Assembly (NCBI GenBank): GCA_964016885.1
Contig: OZ024749.1
Span: 48,856,001 to 48,920,000 of the forward strand
Direction of reading: 5' to 3'
Length of the DNA stretch: 64,000 nt
Source: Eledone cirrhosa
Lineage: Eukaryota
The position numbers and the translations under genes are program-made. Shown piece by piece: positions 52,932 to 64,000 of the stretch. The notes under the pieces were generated by a model. It was not told where the DNA came from. It saw only the letters and a program-made list of their open reading frames with translations, and did no database searches. The first letter of the stretch is position 1, and the number at the start of each line of letters is the position of its first letter.

Positions 52932-55900
52932 GATATATATATATACATAGATATATAGATATATACATACTATGTATATATACATATATATGATATATAT
53001 ATATATATTTATTTATATATATGCGTGTGTGTGGGTGTGTGAGTATGTACGTGGGTGTGTGTGTGTGTAATTTACAATAAACCTCAGTTATATGATCATC
53101 TGGTGCCAAGAAAATCGATAATTATGTTGCTGAATTCTTGCACTGATTAGAATATTCTTGCCCCTAACATATTATCGTATGTATCTTGAAGAAGATATCA
53201 GTACATCAATTTACACTACGACAAAGTTCTGTTATGGCATGAAAACAAATTTCGATGAGAAGTAAACACGTACACTGACTTTCTGACCCAGTAATAACTG
53301 TTGATATATTTTTCCTTGCAAAGAAAGCTAAAAGGTTATTAGGTTCTTCTTTACCGAGGTAATGCATCAAAAAAGGTGTGGTTAATTTATAGAATACTTC
53401 AATTGGTTTCTAACATAAACTTCATGTTACTTCTGAAAGATGGTTTATATTTGTACTGATAATAAAACAGTTTTATAGTTTTATAGCTAAGTGCTACATG
53501 ATATCATAGAAACTGTGTGAGGACTGTTCAGCTCGATATTTTCTTTTTGAAGTGTTAAGTGATGCAGAAAAAAAGGCTCGGTGTAACAAAGACAGGCTAA
53601 TATAACACCCGATCAAAATAAATCCCCCTCTTGAATTTATGTTACCTGAAGGCGCGAAACTTCACAATAGAAACACTAAATCGGTTCAGGTTTAAGATAT
53701 GAGATATTCGTCCAGCCATCACTATCAAAAACGATGCATCCTCGCGAGGAGGAAAGGATACTTTCTGATCTCCTGAATTAGGGCACAAAATCTTCTCTTT
53801 TTCTAATTTTTTCTACTAATCTATCAATACGGTTTCGAAGTATGGACCTAAGAATGACAACTTCGTATAACTAACTGCTGCCTGGCTCTCTACTAACTGA
53901 GGTATCGCTGGTCATACTGCATACCACCGTATTTACCATCGAGTATATGATTTAGGAAAGTGTGAATGAAATTGGATTTCGTTAGCTCAATTCAGAATAT
54001 ATTTGTTAATTTATATTGCAGCCATCATTCCTAACATGTATATGTTTATTGATTTACAGAGTACTAACACCATGTCGTTTCGACAACAGCGCCTCAGTTA
54101 CCAGTTACCACCTACCTATTATATATACTTGTATGTATATATGAGCGTGGTATTGTGTGCAGTTATATCTTACCACATATAGACAAATACATCTGCGTTA
54201 TATAAATGAGCTCATATATGTTATGATAATGCTACTGTTAGAATATATTAATGTAAATATATTAATCAAATGTTAATCCATTTTCATGCAAAGAAGCAGA
54301 GATATTCTCTGGAGAATAGAAAAAGAAATATGAGAAACGGATGTAATATATAGATATGAATTTTTCAAATTGATATTAATTAAAATTCATATTTTAATTA
54401 AACGAGAATTCCTGACTTACTTTATGAATTAATCATAATATAGTATGATATAGCATATGCTAAAAGCCATAACTTTAGATATAACCCGCCTTCAATACTT
54501 AATGTTTCACTATACATCGTCGAATAATAGTGTATAATAATACGCTACGGTGGTACCATTTGATCTATCAGTATGTATATATGGCCATTTTGTTGAAGGA
54601 AATCATTAATACTATCTTCAATTGTCATTGCCTTTTAATATTATGTCTTTTTATTTCTGCTGTTTTTGCTATACACAGAACCCATTTCATGTCTCTTTTA
54701 TCAAAGGAGAAGAACAAGTTTATATATTGTTAGAAGATATTGCAATATCAATTGTCAAACACCTTCCTTTCACTTCTAGAAAGTTGTCTGTATATTATTA
54801 AATTTTCCCCAGATGAATACATATCCTATTGAAACATTTAATGAAATGCAAACTTGTCACTTTATTATCAGAAACCAGAAGCCCACAAATCAAATGCAGA
54901 AATGAGTCTATACGCTACGAGGTTGAATATCTCCCACATTGATAGGCATTTTATTGAACCACAAGGTGATGACATGCAAACCCAGCATATGATCCGAACT
55001 CACAACACAAGTAATCAAGATACTCTAATAAGGACCCAACATATATTAACTATGTACTAACTAGATCTGCGAATATCTGAAATCGAATGTCCACCAAATA
55101 TCACAATATAATTTCTTAGACGCCAAATCCTATTATCACTTCTACGTATCTTATTGAACTAGGTAGAGAAGGACACAGAAAAAACAACAACACATCATTG
55201 CAGCTACAAAAGAGCTTCTAGCTAGTCGCTTGATATATCCATGAAATAGCATACATATTTTGCTGTATCTGCACCTAGAGTAATGAAAACGATATCGGGT
55301 AGTGAATAATGCATTCACTGAGTCACTATCGAATTAAACGCTAATTAAACGTATGGACGGACATACTGAGAAAGGTAGAATTCTATTTTGAATGAGCTGT
55401 AGTATGTTGGATATAAACAAGAACATCATGCGAAATGTCTACATCACCTGGTAATGCATTTCGCGATAATATTATAGAGGATAAGGACAGGTCTTTAGAT
55501 TGGCATGTGCCAAATGTATAGCAATAACATATATTAATTCTTCTGCAAATCCTCCTTTAATTGCAGTTAGACTTTACTTTGTGAAAGCCGTAGCTATTTT
55601 GATGATAGAATGCGTAAAAGACAATACAAGTTAGATATGTCAACCGTCTTAACCCAGCGTTAAATCGAATTTGGCCATCTTAAAAGTCTTTCTATAGAAA
55701 TGCGTATGCAAGGTAGAATAATATCCAAGTATTGAATCTATAGAAGTCTATAAGTCTCTGCAAAGCACTGACGCAAAGAAATGAAAAAAAAATCGATATC
55801 AGCCAAGATTGTAAAATGATACAATACAAATTCCTACATAAAATATGTTTCACTATTTCAATTTTAGATTCCTACAGTGACTGTATAGCATTTAATTATG

Positions 55901-56514
55901 AATAACATTCTAGTTATATCACAGACATTTCGAATATAATTTTTTTTTAGCTAAAATGTGTACGGTTTCTGTACAAGAATATCTATCCAGGACCTCATAT
56001 CCTATGTCATTCACAAATTATCACTTGCCCTTGAGAAATTGAGCATAGACATTATATATACATTAACAAAGAGCAACGCATATATTAGTGTAGGATGTTA
56101 TATAGGTTGTGTCTTCATGTATCGCATATTTTACCCTTCTAGCTAATAGAGGGTTATAAAATAAGAAGCAACGCGTGTAAACGCTTGTGATGACAATCTA
56201 AAATGGATAGATTCGGGCATTACCACAGGTTGAACACAATCGTACGTATGAAACTAGCAAATATATATATATGACACCCTTAATTTAATTGTATATATAT
56301 ATATATGTGTATGCGTGTGTGTGAGTCTGTGTGTATGTGGGTGTGTGAGCGTATGAGTATATGTGTGTATGTGTGCGTCGGTGTGTCTGTGTGTGTGTGT
56401 GTTATTTGATTCAGTGGATTTGTAGTTTATAGTGGAATAGACCAATAGTAGAAATCTATAATATTGCAGAATGTTTGGATTACACGCATTTGACTGTTAC
56501 ATTATTCTATCGAT

Positions 56515-56632
56515 TACACCCCTTTACGATCTGAGTTCAAATCCCACCGAGGTTGAATTTAAAGGGTCGATAACATAAAGTACCAGTAATGCAGTGGGAT
56601 AATTGCTGGTCGTTTGCCAAAAGTAGAAACAA
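56515..56632 (+). mobile_element. Truncated and deleted family 1 SINE
   Basis: B box and 3' body; TSD attattctatcga on both sides. Confidence 0.8.
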
Positions 56633-56979
56633 TTATTCTATCGAATCCAGAAGGAAAAAAATAAAGTTGACATCGGCGGGATTGGAACTCAACAAGCAAA
56701 GTGAACGGTGGAATACATTCTTGAATGCAGTTTATCTGATGTCCCAAACAAGAAGAAGAAGAAGAAGAAGAAGAAGAAGAAGAAGATATGAAAGGCATAT
56801 TAGATATGAGAAAGATGGAGCAATATTCCGATTGAAAGCAACATAGTAATAAATAGATGTACTTTTACAGAAACTTGCTATAGATATCTATATAAATTAA
56901 AAGTTTTTATGTAAGGTCGACATATATTGATAAACATACACACACTTATACACACAGACATATACAGATATACACACAT

Positions 56980-57050
<71 letters not shown>

Positions 57051-57400
57051 GTATTATATATATATATTATGTTATGTATATGGTATATGTATTTATATAA
57101 TATGTTAGGTATATAATATACATATATATAATATATATTATATATATATAATATATATAATGTGTATAATATATATACATAATACATATGCATACACACA
57201 GACACACAGATACACTTATGTATATATATATATGTATATTTGTATGACACGTCAATAGGAGATATGATGAAATGATAAGGCAAAAGTCGTGTAATGAAAA
57301 AAAATCTATATTTTTGTTTTTAAATATGAAATATCCTTAAGCACACAAGCTAAAAGTTTATTGTTATCTAGGTTACTAATAAGTGCGTATATACACACAA

Positions 57401-57462
<62 letters not shown>

Positions 57463-57589
57463 GCTTGTTGTAATATTCAATGCATGTTATGTTAGTGAAT
57501 TCAGAAATACATATTCACGAACGGGTTTACAAACGTTTAACGCCTTACTGCGTGTACTTAAGTTGATTTGCTTTTATATCTTTAATATC

Positions 57590-57659
<70 letters not shown>

Positions 57660-57714
57660 ATGCAAGAGAAAGAGATAATAAACATACAAAACATATTATT
57701 ATTCAACAGTTATA

Positions 57715-57910
57715 TATATATATATTATATATATATTCACACATACGTACATATATGTATGTACATGCATATATACATGCATTATACATATATTTATACA
57801 TATATATATATATATATATGTAGATAAATCTACCAAAATATATGTATATATATACACATACGGACATATATGTATGTACATGCATATATACATGCATTAT
57901 ACATATATTT

Positions 57911-57951
<41 letters not shown>

Positions 57952-58046
57952 GATAAATCTACCAAAATATATGTATATATATATATATATACACATACGT
58001 ACATATATGTATGACATGCATATATACATACATTATACATATATTA
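57715..58046. repeat. Tandem duplication of an about 115-130 bp TA/TACA-rich unit (2.5-3 copies)
   Basis: catgcatatatacat.cattatacata occurs three times and gtagataaatctaccaaaata twice. Confidence 0.7.
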
Positions 58047-58444
58047 TGTGAAATGAGTATGTGAACGAGAGAGCAGAACACAGACACAATTAAAGGAAGA
58101 GATGCAACAATGCTATTGGAAAATACATTTTTTTTTTTTATTTTAGTATTTCAATATTAAGTTTACAGAGATGTGTTTATTCATGTCACGCACGCATACG
58201 CATGCGTTGTTTGGTTTATTTCCCATCAATCTGAAATGTGTGACAACATACATAATCTGTTCTATTCTATGTTATCTCGCATCCATCTTTGTGTAATAAG
58301 TACTCTCGTTTTAGCTATTTCTCATAAACGTCCATGTACCTATCTATTATTATATAGTTTTACCATTAAGTTTTTAGATAGCTGACGGACAGATTTTATG
58401 TGCCACAGTGACAGCTATTCTCACTGACAACTTTTCTCTCACTG

Positions 58445-58479
<35 letters not shown>

Positions 58480-58696
58480 GTGTGTGTTCGTGTATGTGTG
58501 TGCACGTACGTAGGAATTTACGTATGTATCTATGCATGTAATTATGTATGAATGTCTGAAATTCATCCGTCTCTTTTTGTCAGAATATCACCACAGAGTA
58601 ATATATGAACACAATCAAACATACAGACAGGCGTGCCGCTATACGCAATCTATTACACACACGCACACACACGCACACATACACACACACACACAT

Positions 58697-58727
<31 letters not shown>

Positions 58728-58734
58728 ATAACAA

Positions 58735-58857
58735 TAATAAATGTGAAGACTAAAATCCAAAGAGGGCTCGATAAGGATAAATATATATATCAAATATATC
58801 CCGTTAAGGGTGAAAGCAGCGATTCTTTGCTTAAACTTTAATCTGTTATTTTAATAT
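58735..58857. mobile_element. Family I repeat, inverted relative to 27632-27730
   Basis: atcccgttaagggtgaaagcagcgattctttgcttaaactt. Confidence 0.65.
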
Positions 58858-60073
58858 ATACATACTGGGACTAGGGACTATGTGACACTTATAAGAATAC
58901 ATTGCTACTATCTTTTCCTTAGTACATCGGCTGAAGAGGTGAATATTTGCGGGAATTTCTCAATTCTGCATAAATTTCCCGTAAGTTAAATACAGAATTA
59001 TGTTTGGTATGAATATATCTCAGATCCATGATTTGCATTTTTCTATTTCACATAATATTTGATCGACAAAATAACAGCTTTGTGAGAGATATTCCTTGAT
59101 TATAACTAAGAGACATGAAGAGAGGCCAATTGCATTTTCTATTCTGCTAGAATATATATGTAGCGACTTGTAATTGAGAAAATAAGATGAAGTCACAAAC
59201 GAACAGTTTGGTTTGATCGTGTGAAACTGTGAGCAGAAGGTTGAGGAAAATGTTCTTTTCTTTACAATCTAGAAGGTGGCCGTTCCAAATAAAATATAAA
59301 ATGAAAGATACAGAAAAAAAAAACACATAAACGCATATACGCACACATACATGCATACATATACATACATAAAGATGCCTACAAATATTCATATATATAC
59401 ACACAAATAAATGCTAAAAGAGTTACAAGCAATTAGCCACAAACACAGATAAACAAATACACACACATATGCACACATATTGATAGAGATAGAGGGCAGG
59501 AGATATAGAGAAAATATACTTTTACAATTTATTCTGAGTGTTGTATTTTTAATTTTTAAATTATATTTATTATACACGTATTGCTAATCTTTTCTCTATA
59601 GACCTTTCTTTTTGTTTTCATGTATTTTATTCAGAATATTTTAGATAACGAGTCGAAATATCCCAGGAGAAATTGGAGCCAGTCTTATGTGTAATTAACG
59701 TCGTTTTTGCAGGTAAACTGTGAAATGTTAATAGTGTATTGATAGTTTATGTCATCACAACAGGATTGCTTGCAGATATTCGTCGTTTCAGTTTACTTTG
59801 CAAACGTTGCTCTATTTATTTAGAAGCGCCAATGTTAGACCACCAAGTGTTGTGTATACACAGAACGTCACACATAGAAACAAGTACACATACGCGCACA
59901 TTGTTGAATAAAAAACGTGTGCTGATGTATTCACATTCACAAATTTATATCTATATCTATATATATATATATATATTTATTAAAATAACAGATTAAAGTT
60001 TAAGCAAATAATCGCTGCTTTCACCCTTAACGGGATACGCGTGCGTATCATAGTAAAATTGTATGTATATATG

Positions 60074-60114
<41 letters not shown>

Positions 60115-60130
60115 ATATATATATATATAT

Positions 60131-60171
<41 letters not shown>

Positions 60172-60299
60172 GAAGTTCTATTTAAAATTGTTGGAATACA
60201 ACAAGTAAATATTTTTATGACTGATATAAAGCACTCGACAAGTATTTGGAGTAGATATACGATATTAATAAATGGAAACTATATTTATAAAACCATATT

Positions 60300-60364
60300 T
60301 ATTTCATTATACATATTTCAGGGATACCAAATTAAATTATGGTATGCATTCATCAGACAAAATA
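60300..60364 (-). ncRNA. Minimal type I hammerhead ribozyme, family G
   Basis: tattttgt-CTGATGA-atgcatacca..tggtatccct-GAAA-TATGTA-TA-atgaaata. Confidence 0.72.
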
Positions 60365-60638
60365 CAATATATAACAGTTTTACATATAAGCTTTGACGTA
60401 CCCTTTTAAAGAGCGACCATTATTTTTGGAAGCCATCTGGATAGTGAATTGTTATATTATTTTATATTTTATTTTATTTATTTATTTATTTTTAATTTAA
60501 TTTTATTTTTTTAATAAAATACTATAAACATTTTTTATAAAATAATATAAACAATTCACTATCCAGATGGCTTCCAAAAATAATGGTCGCACTTTAAAAG
60601 GGTACGTCAAAGCTTATTTGTAAAACTGTTATATATTG

Positions 60639-60703
60639 TATTTTGTCTGATGAAGGCATACCATAGTTTAATTTGGTATCCCTGAAATATGTATAATGAA
60701 ATA
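60639..60703 (+). ncRNA. Minimal type I hammerhead ribozyme, family G
   Basis: tattttgt-CTGATGA(60647)-aggcatacca..tggtatccct-GAAA(60684)-TATGTA-TA-atgaaata; stem I is 8 bp with two G-U pairs. Confidence 0.8.
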
Positions 60704-60741
60704 AATATGGTTTTATAAATATAGTTTCCATTTATTAATAT

Positions 60742-60811
<70 letters not shown>

Positions 60812-60926
60812 CATATACTTGAGGGCGACCGGCTAAAGTGGAAGATGCTAGATGGTCGGTCGTCCTCGGGTCTATGCTTTTCAGCCTGATGGGTTTTATC
60901 TACTACATTCATTTATTATATTTCGA

Positions 60927-60967
60927 ATACCTGATGATATCACCAGTCATTGAAATGATCATAGTAT
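60927..60967 (+). ncRNA. Minimal type I hammerhead ribozyme, family K
   Basis: atac-CTGATGA-tatcaccagtcatt-GAAA-TGATCA-TA-gtat, followed directly by AATAAA; stem II is decayed. Confidence 0.65.
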
Positions 60968-61137
60968 AATAAATCTTTCAAGGGTTTACACAAGTCCAAC
61001 CTCGTGTTATTTTATTATAATTATAGATATGTGTGTGTGTGTGTGTGGGGTGGGGGGGTGGGGGTGGGGTGGGGTGGGGTGGGGGGGGGGGGTCTGTGTG
61101 TGTGTGTCTGTGTGTGTGTGTGTTTGTGTGTGTGTCA

Positions 61138-61264
61138 CAGGTTCAATCGGGGGTAACTCTAGTAAGTAGGGTACTCAATACATAGAAGATCATACATTTT
61201 TAATGCAGACATTGCTTCTACAGGACTTTGCTGATGATTTCTCTCGAATGAAACTGTAGAAGCC

Positions 61265-61270
<6 letters not shown>
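61138..61270. mobile_element. Family D element: inverted tail plus hammerhead with stem III deletion
   Basis: CTGATGA(61231)-tttctctcgaat-GAAA-ctg-TA-gaagc; left part matches 43095-43185. Confidence 0.65.
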
Positions 61271-61309
<39 letters not shown>

Positions 61310-61646
61310 AATCTAATTTTATGAATGCTGTGTCTTTTAAGTAACTAGTTATCTTCATTTATATGTACGCGCCTCTAACTCTGTGTTGCGTTGTTGTTAT
61401 TGTAGAGGAAAAGTGTCATATTTTGATATTGTGTTTTCGAAAAATGTTTTCGAAAAATGTGCTGCCGATTTCGTTTGTCATATATACACTCACACGAACG
61501 TACACACGCATGAGCAACGTCGTTTTTCTGTTTCTTTTTCCCTTCCCCGTCTCTGCCTATCCTTCGCACTCACCCCTTCGTTCACTCCACCCCGCTTCAC
61601 ACACCTGCCATCTCATCCCTCCCCCTGCTTTCACCCAACGCCCATC

Positions 61647-62447
61647 ATGCCCAACCTGAGATCCTTTCTCCACCAACTCCACAATCGCCTCAAACTATTC
61701 CTCACCCCCCTTCTCCCACCCTGCTATCTCCCCTCCGCCCTTCAACTCACCTACCTTCTCTTCGCCAAAACCCGGCACTCCAGCCACATCCATTTCCTCA
61801 GCCACTGCCTCCGCCTCCACCTTATCCCCCTCGGCTTCCGTCTACACTTCTACCCCTCCCCCGCTGCTTCCCCCTCCACGCAACGTATCCTCACCCGATC
61901 CTCACGCCTTCTGATGCGCAACTCCATCCGCGCCTCCCGTTCCACCCTCCGCCTACTTGACCACCAACTGACCCCCACCCTCCTCCGCCTTTACTCCACC
62001 TGCCACCCCCTCCTCGCCCAAGCCATCCTCTCCTTCATCCACAACCTCAACCACAACCTCTTCTCGTTCCTCAGCTCCACCAAAGCCCGCAAGCTACAAT
62101 CACCCCACCCCACCCCCATCCACCACCACCCGCCCATCCCCATACGCCCACCACTCTCCACCTCTCCCCCGACCCACACCCCTACCCAATCTCCACCCTC
62201 CACCTCACCCCTCACCACCCCCTCCCTTCCCTCCCCAAACACCCAAACCCCACCCCTTGTTGTCACCATACCCCCTGACCTCCCCCACTCCGCACCTGAG
62301 CGCTCACTCCTTAGTAGAGGCCTTCGCTTCATACCCCACACTCCGCACAGCGACGAGTTCCGCACCCGAACGGAAGTCGAGCGATTCGTGCGACGCACTA
62401 AGCTACAGGCACATTTCAGCCGAACGCCACCGGCGTTCAAATTTTTC

Positions 62448-62450
<3 letters not shown>
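61647..62450 (+). pseudogene. N-terminal part of a Penelope-like (Neptune-type) retroelement ORF, truncated before RT
   Basis: Uninterrupted frame from ATG 61647: KTRHSSHIHFLSHCLRLHLIPLGFRL and VVTIPPDLPHSAPERSLLSRGLRFIP..EFRTR..F.RR.KL.AHF, the L.KGL.F.P motif upstream of PLE RT. C-rich strand; ends in (TA)n. Confidence 0.8.
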
Positions 62451-62502
<52 letters not shown>

Positions 62503-62544
62503 TTGTGCGTGTGTGTGTACATACTTAAATTGTATGTATATATG

Positions 62545-62577
<33 letters not shown>

Positions 62578-62692
62578 AATAAAGAATTTATATCTAGTAA
62601 CATATACATACAAATGCATATCGATGCTAGCAAATATATAGGTTTTGTCTTAATAACATTGTGGTTCAATGCATGGGGTTGCAGAACAATAA

Positions 62693-62975
62693 TATAAGAG
62701 ACCTAAGATAAGAAAATTATAAAATTAACTTACTTACTAAAATATCACTTCCAACTAATTAGTTTCTGGAATGGAGTAGATACATCTTCCAGTAGATACA
62801 AGCTTCCAGTGTCCTCGCTTTGCCTGGAAACTTATATGAGAATTGACTTTCCTGATGACGGGATGTTTCTCTACACCTTCTTCGGAAGATGTATCTACTC
62901 CATTCCAGAAACTAATTAGTTGGAAGTGATATTTTAGTAAGTAAGTTAATTTTATAATTTTCTTATCTTACGTCT

Positions 62976-62981
<6 letters not shown>
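62693..62981. mobile_element. Family H fold-back element (about 97-bp inverted arms)
   Basis: 62693-62790 is the inverse of 62884-62981; (TA)n follows. Confidence 0.88.
62846..62927 (+). ncRNA. Type I hammerhead ribozyme, family H
   Basis: actttc-CTGATGA(62852)-cgggatg..cattcca-GAAA(62908)-palindrome CTAATTAG-TT-ggaagt; GUU triplet. Confidence 0.75.
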
Positions 62982-63039
<58 letters not shown>

Positions 63040-63479
63040 CGTGTGTGCGTGTGTGTGTGTGTGTGTTGTTTATATATATTTACATAATAATGTTAATAAT
63101 AAGGTACAGTAACGAAGTCTCAATGTAACATCATTATGTTTACTAAAACGTAACGTGCGTTTCACGAGCAATCCACTCTGTTGGATCAGTACGAGGGTGA
63201 CTTGCACTGGAATTGATAGCTCATTAGACTTAACGTTTTCAGAAGTTTGATAATTAAAGTATGTGTAATGTACAAATGTATATCAATATATTCCCAAGTA
63301 TTGTCTATATATATGTATGTCTGTGTATGTGTAAGTGTGTCCGTGCGCATGTGTTAGTTAAGAGGAGCGAAAGCGCGTTGCTTTGTGTTTTTAAGGTATT
63401 TGGCTCAAGATCGTAAGGTATTTTATTACAGTTATTTTATTACAAGTATTTTACCTGTAATTCGACAAGCCAGCCATGT

Positions 63480-63600
63480 CACTTTCTGTGGCAAGCTGAA
63501 TCTCCCTGAGAACTACGTTTCAGGGACCCGTATTTGTGGAATGCTCAATCCCATGCACGTTAATTTCAATAGCAAGTTCTTCTGTTGATCGTATCAACAG
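63480..63600 (+). mobile_element. SINE family 2 3' fragment
   Basis: ctgaatctccctgagaactacgtt..gtggaatgctca is inverse-homologous to about 22670-22730. Confidence 0.5.
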
Positions 63601-64000
63601 CAATACTCGTCGTCGCAAAAGACGGAGGGCGTCTACTACTAAAATTAAGAGGACCGCAAGAAAATAATTTGAAGGCAATAGCAAACGTTTGAGAACAACA
63701 CGCGTTAAATGGATGTTTATTGATTTTAAGGTGTACGTTTAAACTTTGTTAAGTGACGAGTTGAAGTAGTTTGAAAACTCAGCTGTCTGGAAGATGCGAT
63801 TCGATGAGATAGTGAAAGAAAATGCCAGATGTCCTTCTGATTATTGGAATCATTGATACGCAAAGATATCGATATCTCCGTCTATACACTCATCAGAATG
63901 TACGGTGTTGCTGCCATTGATAAGGTTACTTAGTAACACCACACATACACACACACATTCACAAATATATTTTTATATAGACACACGCACATATATGTAT

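Larger units (their letters stand above)
60168..60745. mobile_element. Family G fold-back element (about 200-bp inverted arms), (TA)n-flanked
   Basis: About 60261-60462 is the inverse of about 60540-60742; a hammerhead in each arm. Confidence 0.88.

Overview
Eukaryotic, AT-rich, microsatellite-saturated non-coding DNA. The dominant tRNA-SINE and the extreme (TA)n/(CA)n load suggest an octopod cephalopod (inference). No host exon could be supported, and most listed ORFs are microsatellite artefacts. The window holds about 18 tRNA-SINE copies, an internally deleted Helitron with intact termini (12142-14368), fragments of RTE, R4/Dong, CR1/L2-like and Tx1-like LINEs, and the 5' part of a Penelope-like (Neptune-type) ORF. 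The main signal lies in the short islands between (TA)n tracts. Many carry minimal type I hammerhead ribozyme motifs (stem I-CUGANGA-stem II-GAAA-short, often palindromic stem III-NUH-stem I). By eye I find about 14 motifs with an intact CUGANGA/GAAA core plus about 10 decayed or half motifs, in at least 8 families. They often sit in fold-back arrangements with a ribozyme on each strand, and once as a 77-nt tandem pair. These look like Penelope-like pLTR-derived or retrozyme-like elements that target or generate (TA)n. All structures were folded by eye; activity is not demonstrated.
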